Shown here: positions 42,461 through 51,647 of the stretch, piece after piece
Position numbering within the stretch: position 1 is the stretch's first letter
How the letters are laid out: each line of letters opens with the position of its first letter
Source of the DNA: an uncultured Alphaproteobacteria bacterium
GTDB taxonomy: Bacteria > Pseudomonadota > Alphaproteobacteria > Rs-D84
Assembly: GCA_947053455.1 (NCBI GenBank)
Contig: CAMRSV010000001.1
Span: 64,001-128,000, forward strand
Direction: 5' to 3'
DNA length: 64,000 bases
The notes under the pieces: generated by a model
Database searches by the model: none
Told to the model about the DNA's origin: nothing
What the model saw: only the letters and a program-made list of their open reading frames with translations
Made by a program: the position numbers and the translations under genes

Positions 42461-42547
42461 TGGTGGGAGTGGCTGGATTCGAACCAGCTCAGGCTTAAGC
42501 CAACAGATTTACAGTCTGCCCCGGCTCTCCAACTCCGGCGCACGCCC
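42461..42547 (-). tRNA. tRNA-Tyr (GTA)
   Basis: Anticodon arm GCAGA-CTGTAAA-TCTGT, long variable arm, GGTTCGAATCC, encoded CCA. Confidence 0.95.
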
Positions 42548-42571
42548 AATCTGAACCAAGATTTTTAATCT

Positions 42572-42646
42572 TGGTGCGGGCAGCGGGAATCGAACCCGCA
42601 TTTCAAGCTTGGAAGGCTTGCATACTAGCCTTTGTACTATGCCCGC
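42572..42646 (-). tRNA. tRNA-Gly (TCC)
   Basis: GCGGGCA acceptor stem, CAAGC-CTTCCAA-GCTTG, GGTTCGATTCC, encoded CCA. Confidence 0.96.
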
Positions 42647-42697
42647 ACAAATTGTAAGCGTCGTTATTATATACCAATTTTCCCAGAACGCAAGCCA

Positions 42698-43078
42698 TTA
42701 TTTTTGACCCGCGATTTCATAACTGGCCGAAAGCAGCCGGCAAATATCACGCGTTGCCATGCGCCCATCCAAAACAACGGTCACCCAATGGCGCTTGTTC
42801 ATATGATAGCCTGGAAATATCTTCTTTTTATCCACAATAAAATCCGTCACATCCGGGGCGCATCTAACATCCAAAATTTCCACAGCGTCATCCCCTGCAT
42901 CGGGTATTATTTTGTTCCCCGCAACCGTCAGCAATACGCCAAACCATTTTTCGTTGTCAGCGCGACGCCATACGGCATTACCCGGCGAACGCACCCACAA
43001 AAATTCTAATTCGCGATTATAATTTTTGCGAACATATTCAATAATTTCATGTGCTTGATTTGTTTTAAACGTATTCAT
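42698..43078 (-). CDS. MmcQ/YjbR family protein
   Basis: EFLW..SP..AVWR...KWF, PGYHMNKRHWVTVVLDG; start at Met 43078. Confidence 0.9.
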   Translation of the reverse strand: MNTFKTNQAHEIIEYVRKNYNRELEFLWVRSPGNAVWRRADNEKWFGVLLTVAGNKIIPDAGDDAVEILDVRCAPDVTDFIVDKKKIFPGYHMNKRHWVTVVLDGRMATRDICRLLSASYEIAGQK

Positions 43079-43082
43079 GGCG

Positions 43083-43604
43083 CTATTCAATAGGCGGAAA
43101 ACATTCGCCATCATCGCGGCAGCATGCAAACACCAAATTTCCCAAATCCTTGAACTTTTCACCCGTACAACACCCAAATCTATTCGGCCGCGTCCCGTCC
43201 GCGCACAAACCCGCATTTATGTTTGCGGCAATTTCTTCGGCAGACAAAGATTTAGGCGCCGGTTCCTCAACAGGTTCTGCAACAACATCATCCGGCGCAT
43301 CCGGCGTCTCAATCGGCAACGTGTCCGCAACAGGTGCCGCAACCTCATCCGCACGACCGGAACCGCGGCGCTTAACACTGCGCACAACGCAGTCACGCCG
43401 ATACATAATCTGCAATTGTGCAAGACGTGCCGCATCCTCGTCAGTGGGATTGGAAAGCGCACTTAATTTCGAAATTTCTGCATTTACCGCAACGCAGTCT
43501 GTTCGTTGCGCAACCGTCGATGCGGTATCGTCCGCGAGCCCTGCTGACATTGCCAACATGCCGGAAATCATGCACATACAAAGTTTTTTACAAATATTAT
43601 TCAT
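43083..43604 (-). CDS. Secreted hypothetical protein with Cys-rich C-terminus
   Basis: Signal peptide, Pro/Glu-rich linker, GLCADG...GCC...ACC...ECFPP. Confidence 0.75.
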   Translation of the reverse strand: MNNICKKLCMCMISGMLAMSAGLADDTASTVAQRTDCVAVNAEISKLSALSNPTDEDAARLAQLQIMYRRDCVVRSVKRRGSGRADEVAAPVADTLPIETPDAPDDVVAEPVEEPAPKSLSAEEIAANINAGLCADGTRPNRFGCCTGEKFKDLGNLVFACCRDDGECFPPIE

Positions 43605-44493
43605 TGACTATCTTTTCCAGATCCAAAATAAAATCTATTGCCGGGTCCGTTATTTTTTGAACCTTGTTAATAACATCCTGCGCGGCAGATTTCATTTGCA
43701 AACGCTTATAGGTTTCAACAACTTCAACGGTATCTTCCGGGGGCATTTTATCATCGGATATACCGCGGGCGATTTCCAATTCACGTGCCGCAAGACGCGT
43801 ATATTTTTTTGCGTTTTCCGAACAACCCCGTTCAGCCAATTGGGCATAAATTTTTGCACACTCTATATGATTATCATTGCAATCCTGAATACGCCAATTC
43901 AATGAATCTTCTACAACTTCACATGGGCGCTTATTTTTATACCCCCCAAGCGATGTTATGATTTCTTTTTCGCGATTAATCAATCCTTGATATTTTTCCT
44001 TGTTTTCGGCACATCCGTTTTCAATTAAATTCTGATAAATGCTAATATTATAATCATGCGCATAAAGGTTAGTATCTGTTTCTTCATACAAATTGCCAAT
44101 CTGCATCATTTCAATAACTTCGCACGCGCGCATGTCGGCGGTATCTATTTTTTTGGGTTTCTTATCAGGCTCTTGTTCGGGTATTACGCGCCCTATACAA
44201 TTTACCGAATAAATTTGATTTAATTCACGCAGTTTTGATACGCACTCGTCTGAACGGCATCCGTAACCATTACCAGCATCGACAATACGTTGTGAAATCT
44301 GGTCGCATTGAGATTTGCTCATTCCAATAACACTGCCCGAACGCGACATATTACCATTAAATGTCATCCCAACCATCAATCCGCACGCAAACAAACCACC
44401 CAGCGCAATAACGCCCATTATCCGTTGACGTGACACAACATTGGCACTGCGTCCCGCTGATGTGACAATTAAATTTTTATCCTGCTGTTTCAT
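43597..44493 (-). CDS. Membrane-anchored hypothetical protein with an internal duplicated Cys-pair module
   Basis: One TM; RACEVIE...NGCAENKEKY...REKEI and RPCEVVE...RGCSENAKKY...RELEI. Confidence 0.75.
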   Translation of the reverse strand: MKQQDKNLIVTSAGRSANVVSRQRIMGVIALGGLFACGLMVGMTFNGNMSRSGSVIGMSKSQCDQISQRIVDAGNGYGCRSDECVSKLRELNQIYSVNCIGRVIPEQEPDKKPKKIDTADMRACEVIEMMQIGNLYEETDTNLYAHDYNISIYQNLIENGCAENKEKYQGLINREKEIITSLGGYKNKRPCEVVEDSLNWRIQDCNDNHIECAKIYAQLAERGCSENAKKYTRLAARELEIARGISDDKMPPEDTVEVVETYKRLQMKSAAQDVINKVQKITDPAIDFILDLEKIVNE

Positions 44494-44515
44494 GTTCTCT
44501 CTCCTGTTAAAAAAT

Positions 44516-45226
44516 CTATTTTACGATGCCGTCTTTTATAGTAATCGTTCTATCCGCACGCGATGCCAGATTCATGTCATGCGTAACAAACAGCATGGCC
44601 ATCTTGTTCCTGCGCACCAAATCCAACAACAGTTCAAATACAGACGCCGCGTGCGCCGGATCCAGACTTCCAGTTGGTTCGTCCGCCAACAGTATGTCAG
44701 GCTTATTTGCCAACGCACGTGCGACGGCGGTGCGCTGCTGTTCGCCGCCGGACATTTGTCCGGGCATATGTGACGCACGGTGTGCAACATTTGCGGCACG
44801 CATCAATTTCATCGCACGCGATGCGGACACATCGCCATCCACACCAGCCGCCATCATAGGCAGCATGACATTTTCCAATGCGGTAAAGTCAGACAGCAGA
44901 TTATGACGCTGATAAACAAAGCCGATTTTGTCACGCCGCAAATCCGTACGCATTTCCTCACTCATTTTTTGCACGGGGTGGCCGGCGATTAAAATACTAC
45001 CTGCGGTTGGCCTATCAAGAAGCCCCACGCACTGCAACAATGTTGACTTTCCAGAACCCGATGGTCCAACAAGTGCCACAATTTCGCCGCGATGCAAATC
45101 AAATCCGCCGCCACGTAGAATATGCAGTGGCTGGCCACCTTCCATAAATGTCTTTTTTATGTCACGCACAGACATCACCACATCCGGTGCCTGCATTTTA
45201 GATAAAGATTTCAATATGTTCGCCAT
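44516..45226 (-). CDS. lolD: Lipoprotein-releasing ABC transporter ATPase
   Basis: GPSGSGKS, GFVYQRHNLL, MSGGEQQR, LADEPTG; follows the LolC/E permease. Confidence 0.93.
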   Translation of the reverse strand: MANILKSLSKMQAPDVVMSVRDIKKTFMEGGQPLHILRGGGFDLHRGEIVALVGPSGSGKSTLLQCVGLLDRPTAGSILIAGHPVQKMSEEMRTDLRRDKIGFVYQRHNLLSDFTALENVMLPMMAAGVDGDVSASRAMKLMRAANVAHRASHMPGQMSGGEQQRTAVARALANKPDILLADEPTGSLDPAHAASVFELLLDLVRRNKMAMLFVTHDMNLASRADRTITIKDGIVK

Positions 45227-45235
45227 TTATATCAC

Positions 45236-46492
45236 CTATTCATTACGCAGTACATCAACGGGGTCTGTGGAAGATGCCTTCCATGCGGGATAAAGCGTCG
45301 CCAAAAACGACAATGCGATTGCCAGCACAGCAATACCTGCAACAGTTGTCCAAACAAGCTTTGACGGCAGTTCAGATAGATAATAAAGTTCGGCCGGAAA
45401 CAAATCACGCCCGGTAATAAACTGTACACCACGGCGTATCGGTTCTATGTATATTGCCATCAGCACGCCAATAATCGTTCCGGCCGCCGCCCCTATTGCA
45501 CCGATGCTGGTACCGGAGAGAATAAAAATCTTCATCATTGACCGGCGCGACACACCAAAAGTGCGCAGCACCGCAATATCCTTTGACTTATCCTTGACCA
45601 GCATAACCAGACTGGACACTATGTTAAACGCAGCGACTATTACAATCAGCATCAGTATCAAAAACATGACATTTGATTCCACCTGAAGCGCGCCAACAAA
45701 TCCGCGGTTAAGTTCACGCCAATCACGAACAACAAACCCATCCGGCAACAGCCGCCCCAGGGCAGAAGCCACCGCGGTAGTATCTTCTGGATTTTTTAGG
45801 AACAAATCTATATGCGTAACCGCATCACCAATATTTAAGTATTTTTGCGCCGTCGCAAGCGGCATAAATATGTAGCCTGAATCATATTCATACATTCCCA
45901 TAAAGAACGAGGACATAACCGGATATGCCATTATTCGTGGCATCGTTCCAAATGGCGTAGGCGTTGCACCATTTGCGGAAACTAGCGATATGTTATCGCC
46001 CATTGTCACCCCCAGCGCACGCGTCAGAGAATTACCGGCAACCAATTGGCCGTCCTTAATTTTATCCAGAGCTGTTCCGTAAATTTTTGTTCCGTTTGCC
46101 ACTTTTGCCGCCAAGTCGCGCATACGTATGCCGCGTATCATGGCGCCTGTGCTGTTACCGTTCGCTGTTGCCATCGCCTGCCCCTCGGCAACGGGAACAA
46201 TTGATGTTACGCGCGACACCACAACCTTGTTTGATTGCATTTTTTCAACCAAGTAATCATAATCTGAAATCGCGCCATCCTGGTGGTAAACGACGACATG
46301 ACCATTCATACCGACGATACGCGACAACAGCGTGTCGTGAAATCCCCCCATTACCGACATAACCACAATCAGGGTCGCAACCCCCAACATTATTCCAATC
46401 AACGATACCCACGAAATTACGGAGCCAAACCCCCGCTTTTTAGCCCACATATATCTATAGGCAACCTTTCGCTCCAATTTTGAGAACAGCAT
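45236..46492 (-). CDS. lolE: Lipoprotein-releasing ABC transporter permease LolC/E
   Basis: GVATLIVVMSVMGGF, VAAFNIVSSLVMLVKDK, ATLYPAWKAS. Confidence 0.93.
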   Translation of the reverse strand: MLFSKLERKVAYRYMWAKKRGFGSVISWVSLIGIMLGVATLIVVMSVMGGFHDTLLSRIVGMNGHVVVYHQDGAISDYDYLVEKMQSNKVVVSRVTSIVPVAEGQAMATANGNSTGAMIRGIRMRDLAAKVANGTKIYGTALDKIKDGQLVAGNSLTRALGVTMGDNISLVSANGATPTPFGTMPRIMAYPVMSSFFMGMYEYDSGYIFMPLATAQKYLNIGDAVTHIDLFLKNPEDTTAVASALGRLLPDGFVVRDWRELNRGFVGALQVESNVMFLILMLIVIVAAFNIVSSLVMLVKDKSKDIAVLRTFGVSRRSMMKIFILSGTSIGAIGAAAGTIIGVLMAIYIEPIRRGVQFITGRDLFPAELYYLSELPSKLVWTTVAGIAVLAIALSFLATLYPAWKASSTDPVDVLRNE

Positions 46493-46506
46493 TTTCCACC
46501 TTTCCC

Positions 46507-47829
46507 TTATTCACTTAAAAATGCACGCAGCGCGTCACCGGCCAGCGGCGTCATCGCATTGTTCGGAACATCGGCCGGATCAACAATAGATATTATGCGC
46601 GGACTCATGAACACGACCAATTCTGCGAACGGCGAAATCAAAGTCTCGGGCGTCGTCACAAACGCGTGCGTCGGTATTCCGATAATCACATAATTATCCC
46701 CGACATTTGACGGAATGTTAAATGACGACAATTCACCGCCACTGGTTCGCAAGACTATTTTTGCATCAATCTTCTTGTATCCGCCGTAATCACCATATTT
46801 TCCGGTGGCTCCTATAATCAAATCTGTTTCCAGGCGTTCTTCCTTGCCACACTGACCAATGTCAAAGCGCGACTGCCACCCATTTGGAATTACAAACGTC
46901 CCCTGGGAAATAAGAACCACGTTCGCCTGCTGGTTCAAGAATTCCTGCAACGTTTTGGTGTTTATTTCTGGACTTACAACCAATGCGCGGCCAACAACAC
47001 CCGGGATTGACATTTTTACATTATTTTCCCCAAATGCCGGCAACAGATTCATCCAAACAATCGGATTGTCCGTACGTGGATAAACACGGTAAACGTCAAT
47101 ATCCCACGCCAGCATGTATTTTTTTGAAGAAACATCGGATATTATGCGCGCTACTTCGCGTTCAGTCTGGTAATTACCCTCAAACACGACTGTCTTGTCC
47201 TGCCAGTTAACAAGAAGATTACGCATGTCTGCGCCGTGCATCGCATCCAGCAACGCCATTATAATGCTTTCGTCACGCGGCATTTTTATCATCCACTTTG
47301 CGCGGTGGTCCAGATGAATTTCACCGGCATCGGCATCATAGTAATAATACACGCGCCCCATTTTTGACATCAATTCCACCGCATCGGACAGCGTGCCACT
47401 TGATATAGTGCCGGAAATTTTTTCATACAACTCCTCATCTTCTATCACTGAAATATCCGTCCCATCCAGCAACTTGTCCAACGCCTGCTTTACCGTTTGT
47501 TCGGAAAAATCATAATCCGACACCTGCAGTTCGGGCATATCATCACCCGTTCCCAGACGTACAATTTCGATTCTTTCCTCTGGAACAACGGAAACAACAC
47601 TTTGATTGTTCCAGTCAACCTCGCAACGCTTTGGCAGGTCAATGGAAAACCGGCGTGCCGTATCAGTTGTCAATGCCGCCTTTTTCGGAAAAATCGGAAC
47701 GGAATTTTCATCAATAACCAAACTGTCGACAACAGTCACAGTGTCGTAATTTTGCACCGGAGTATTGCTTTGCGTGCATGCCACCAAAGCCGTCGCAATA
47801 AATATTCCAAAAATCTCTTTTATTTTCAT
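46507..47829 (-). CDS. Lipoprotein, possibly secretin/PilN-like
   Basis: Lipobox LVAC; STN-like DFSEQTVKQALDKLL; ELVVFMSPRII near the C-terminus resembles secretin ends. Confidence 0.55.
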   Translation of the reverse strand: MKIKEIFGIFIATALVACTQSNTPVQNYDTVTVVDSLVIDENSVPIFPKKAALTTDTARRFSIDLPKRCEVDWNNQSVVSVVPEERIEIVRLGTGDDMPELQVSDYDFSEQTVKQALDKLLDGTDISVIEDEELYEKISGTISSGTLSDAVELMSKMGRVYYYYDADAGEIHLDHRAKWMIKMPRDESIIMALLDAMHGADMRNLLVNWQDKTVVFEGNYQTEREVARIISDVSSKKYMLAWDIDVYRVYPRTDNPIVWMNLLPAFGENNVKMSIPGVVGRALVVSPEINTKTLQEFLNQQANVVLISQGTFVIPNGWQSRFDIGQCGKEERLETDLIIGATGKYGDYGGYKKIDAKIVLRTSGGELSSFNIPSNVGDNYVIIGIPTHAFVTTPETLISPFAELVVFMSPRIISIVDPADVPNNAMTPLAGDALRAFLSE

Positions 47830-47843
47830 GATTAAACCTGTGC

Positions 47844-48167
47844 TTAAATGTTCATTATTTTCTCAAATTCTTCCAATGTCATTTCATAAAACGGTCTCTG
47901 GGTCGGCGTTGCCAAATCGCGCACGCGTTCAAATTGTTCTGCGAACCGTTTAATCAATGCATCTATCTCTGGCGGTATGGGCGCCCCGGACGATATTAAA
48001 CGACGCCCGTATTCCGTAATATATTCCAGCGCATCCGCCGCAAAGAAACGCCCAACATAATTTTCCATGGCAATTGCGCCCTTTTGCACACAAATTGCAG
48101 ACATTACCATCATAGTCTGGTTGTAATAATTTGCCAGTTTGATAAAATTTTGAACAGTTATGGCCAT
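47844..48167 (-). CDS. Hypothetical protein
   Basis: 107-aa ORF with GGAAGGG RBS. Confidence 0.6.
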   Translation of the reverse strand: MAITVQNFIKLANYYNQTMMVMSAICVQKGAIAMENYVGRFFAADALEYITEYGRRLISSGAPIPPEIDALIKRFAEQFERVRDLATPTQRPFYEMTLEEFEKIMNI

Positions 48168-48242
48168 GCGCGGTGTCCCTTCCCTTTTTATGCATTATAA
48201 AAACTATTGCCCCGGTAAGGCAATTAAATTATAATAAAAAAC

Positions 48243-48623
48243 ATGAGAATAAAATTCTTGGCATTATTTTTGGTTCTTTCGGCATGTGCGTCCCCAAACC
48301 GCGGCAGCATTGATAACGCGACTGTCCTAAACTGGGAGAATGAGGCCGTAACCACCGAACAGTTTGTCCGTGACCACAAGGCCTGCCTGGGGATAACCAA
48401 GCCGTCATATATACCACGTTCACGGATTGCAAAACTGCTTGCCCCGAACCAGAGCGGCATTATGCCGGATTGGGACGGTCTTTGGGTGACGTTCCAATCA
48501 AATGAATACAAGGATGTCGGCCAGCGCAATCTAATGAGTGTCCCACGCAACACGACATCGAAATCGGTCGGTGCATATAGAAAATGCATGTTCCGCCGCG
48601 GGTATTTGTTACGCGCAATGTAA
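48243..48623 (+). CDS. Small lipoprotein
   Basis: Lipobox LSAC; RDHKAC...YRKCMFRRGY. Confidence 0.75.
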   Translation: MRIKFLALFLVLSACASPNRGSIDNATVLNWENEAVTTEQFVRDHKACLGITKPSYIPRSRIAKLLAPNQSGIMPDWDGLWVTFQSNEYKDVGQRNLMSVPRNTTSKSVGAYRKCMFRRGYLLRAM

Positions 48624-48677
48624 AATTTATAGCCTCCCCCCTTTTAACTTTCATGATTTTGTGATATAATTTATGAC

Positions 48678-49358
48678 ATGAAACGTTCTATATTGTTTTG
48701 GTTATATTTTATTGTTGCCATATTATTGGCGATTTACATGTCGGTGCGCCTAATTACACTGGGCGGTGCGCGCCACGGTCCCGTTTTTGTCCGAAATATT
48801 TCAATTTCCGCCGACGCCCCGGGCAAGGATTTGTCTGCCTTGGCGGCCAGTGCCGCCATCGCGCCAGGTACGCGCACATATGCGGTTGATTTAAATTCGC
48901 TGGCCATGCGTATTGGGGCGGTGCCCAGCGTTCGTGCGGTGGCGGTGCGACGTCTGCCGAACGGAAATCTTTCGGTACATGTGAAATTGCATCACGTTGT
49001 TGCACAATGGACCGACGGCGAAAAATTTTTCCCACTGTCCGTTGATGGAACTATTGTTAACACCCCCGGACAAACACGCGACAACGACGGCATTTTATTC
49101 CGTGGCGACCTGCCCGAAGATGTTTCGCAGATAACAAACGCGGTACAACGCATTGCCGGCGACATAGATTATATGGAATGGATTGAAAACCGACGCTGGA
49201 ATCTGGTGACACAGGGCGGTATAACGGTTATGCTGCCGGAAAAGAATGCGGCAGACGCGATTGGCGCATTGATTGTTATGAATACAAACCATGGCATTTT
49301 GAACAAACAAATTAGCGTCATTGACATGCGCGACAGTGCACGCATACTAGTAAAATAA
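48678..49358 (+). CDS. ftsQ: Cell division protein FtsQ
   Basis: TM, POTRA-like VRRLPNGNLSV, RRWNL, IDMRD; precedes the ftsA-like gene. Confidence 0.85.
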   Translation: MKRSILFWLYFIVAILLAIYMSVRLITLGGARHGPVFVRNISISADAPGKDLSALAASAAIAPGTRTYAVDLNSLAMRIGAVPSVRAVAVRRLPNGNLSVHVKLHHVVAQWTDGEKFFPLSVDGTIVNTPGQTRDNDGILFRGDLPEDVSQITNAVQRIAGDIDYMEWIENRRWNLVTQGGITVMLPEKNAADAIGALIVMNTNHGILNKQISVIDMRDSARILVK

Positions 49359-49365
49359 AAACGAA

Positions 49366-51147
49366 ATGAACCTGTTTGATTCATCTTTTCTGTGTCTTGA
49401 CATCGGGACAAGCGGCGTTCGCGGCATTGCACACCGAATAAAATCGGGTCAGATTGACAAGTCCGCGGTATTTTCAATACAAAGCCCGGACATCGCATTC
49501 GCATTGATGTCAGTGGTTGACGAATTGGAACGCCAAATCGGGGTTCATTTTGATTCTGCCTTTGTTACCGGAAATTTTGGAAATGCCGCATTTGACATAT
49601 CGTTAAAAAGCATACGCTGGTCTGGGGAACATAAAATAACACCCGCCGACATTAAAATGCAGGCTTCACAAATAACACCACCGGACGGTTTTTTCCCCAT
49701 GCACATAATACCGCTGCGATATGATACGCCCGGGGCACGAAACATGGACAGTCCAATTGGCCACACGGATAGACAACTGATGTCTATATTTTCATCAATA
49801 TCATATGCACACGCCAGACTGGACAAAATCCAGGCGGCATTGCGCCGCGCGCATATCCAGGCCAACGGATTCTATGACCCGCAATTTTTAATGAACGCCA
49901 CCATACGTCAAAAAAAGCAGGTTGCAATGTTCATTGATTTTGGCAATGAATTCGTATCTGCATCCATCTGGACGGATCGCGGACCTGTGTGGCTTGAAAA
50001 ATTTCCAAATGGCGGCGGTGAAATCACAACCGCAATTTCAGAAAAAATGCAAATAGACCCGACAGAGGCCACACGCATCAAACACGCCAGCATCAGCATG
50101 ATACCACGCGAAATGGATAGGTTCACACCGGCCGATACCGCGTATGAATTTTCACGCGCTGACATTTGCGAAATTGCGGTTCCGCATATCATGAACACAA
50201 TCGCCGCCATACTTGAGGCGGCCAGCAGCGTTCTGGAAAAATACAAACCGTCCCTAATAACAATATGCGGTGGCGGCGCAGAAATCGACGGTATTTCAGA
50301 CGTAATTGAAAGCGCCTTTGGAATAAAAGTTGACGTCGCACCGCCGGATGCGGTTGTACGTGCATTGTCAAATTACATATGGAATTGCGAAGAGGCACAC
50401 CGCCAAGCCTATTCGGCCAGGCGCGAAAAATTAGCGCGTTATAAAGAAAAAATAACAAAATTATTTCACCGCCGCCGTATCAAAAAACGCACACGTTTCA
50501 TCCCGATTTTGCCAAGCACACTGTGCTTTAACATGAAAAGTCCGGTAACATATTCACTGTTTCAGTCGGGCGGAATATCTATGATTCATGTCGATATAAT
50601 GGATGGCCTTTATGTTGACCGCATTGCGGGCGGAATTGATGAACTAAAATATATTCGGGCACACACACGTGCACATCTTCATGTCCATTTAATGACCGAA
50701 AGCCCGGGTGTCTGGGCGGCGGACGCGGCGGCGGCGGGCGCGAACACAATAATATTATCGACAAACACATCGGGATTGCGCGCCGCGCTGCGCGCAGTGC
50801 GTGCGGGCGGCCGACGGGCGGGCGTCGCACTTAACCCCGATTCACCTGTTTCATTATTAAAACCGATTTTACGTGATGTGGATGAAATAATGGTGATGAC
50901 TGTCGCCCCTGGTGCGGCAGGTCAGGCGTTTCATCCCGAATGCCTACATAAAATATCTGTACTGGCGGCGACACGCAAAAAATATGGATTAAAATTTACA
51001 ATATCCGTGGACGGCGGAATAAACGACAAAACGGCGCCCCTATGCTGGGAGGCTGGTGCCGACCTGCTGGTTAGCGGTTCATACCTGGCACGCAGTTCTG
51101 ATTTTCCACTTGCGGTCCAAAGCCTGCTAAAGAAAAGCGGTGATTAA
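49366..51147 (+). CDS. FtsA-like actin fold fused to ribulose-phosphate 3-epimerase (Rpe)
   Basis: N-terminal LDIGTSGV, IDFG, GGGEIT, ICGGGA; C-terminal HVDIMDG, HVHLM, MTVAPGAAGQ, VDGGIN, LVSGS, all in one frame. Confidence 0.85.
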   Translation: MNLFDSSFLCLDIGTSGVRGIAHRIKSGQIDKSAVFSIQSPDIAFALMSVVDELERQIGVHFDSAFVTGNFGNAAFDISLKSIRWSGEHKITPADIKMQASQITPPDGFFPMHIIPLRYDTPGARNMDSPIGHTDRQLMSIFSSISYAHARLDKIQAALRRAHIQANGFYDPQFLMNATIRQKKQVAMFIDFGNEFVSASIWTDRGPVWLEKFPNGGGEITTAISEKMQIDPTEATRIKHASISMIPREMDRFTPADTAYEFSRADICEIAVPHIMNTIAAILEAASSVLEKYKPSLITICGGGAEIDGISDVIESAFGIKVDVAPPDAVVRALSNYIWNCEEAHRQAYSARREKLARYKEKITKLFHRRRIKKRTRFIPILPSTLCFNMKSPVTYSLFQSGGISMIHVDIMDGLYVDRIAGGIDELKYIRAHTRAHLHVHLMTESPGVWAADAAAAGANTIILSTNTSGLRAALRAVRAGGRRAGVALNPDSPVSLLKPILRDVDEIMVMTVAPGAAGQAFHPECLHKISVLAATRKKYGLKFTISVDGGINDKTAPLCWEAGADLLVSGSYLARSSDFPLAVQSLLKKSGD

Positions 51148-51172
51148 AAATCCCGGGTAAACCCGGGATTTT
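51146..51172. terminator. Bidirectional intrinsic terminator
   Basis: AAAATCCCGGGTAAACCCGGGATTTT. Confidence 0.8.
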
Positions 51173-51404
51173 CGAACAATGCTCTTTTCTGAACTCATCT
51201 GAATTCAAATGAATCCATAGGGATGTGGGTTCGGGACTATAAAAGCCCTCGATTAGGCAGTGCTCGCATGCGTTATTTATCCGCACGGTTGCATTCGCAA
51301 CAAAAGCACTATGACCCATATTTAATGAAAATATAACAAGTACCTTTTCCCAGGAAACATTGCAACGCTTGTATTTTTTTATTCGTTCTGATAGCATAAC
51401 AATG

Positions 51405-51630
51405 AAACCAAATGGGATATGGTTTTAGGACCGTTAGAAAGTCCTTGATTCGACGGCGCATTGCGCGCTGGTTTTTGCGTCGGTGTTTTTTAACGCCGAT
51501 GGTTCCTGACATTTATCCTGGTCAGGAAGCTGCTGTCATACAACAGGGATTACCCGAAAGCAGCAGGGTCATTTCGAATCATGATTTTCTAAACTTCCTG
51601 ACCGCCGATTCCCATGGCGGTTTCTTCGTT
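51405..51630 (+). ncRNA. C4/CI-like antisense leader cassette, copy 4 (divergent)
   Basis: Targets TTAGAAA (51434) and TGATTCGA (51446); complements TCGAATCA (51574) and TTTCTAA (51586); closing stem GGTCAGGAAG/CTTCCTGACC; anti-stem TTCCTGAC; hairpin ACCGCC/GGCGGT. Confidence 0.7.
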
Positions 51631-51647
51631 AAACCAAGGAAGATATC

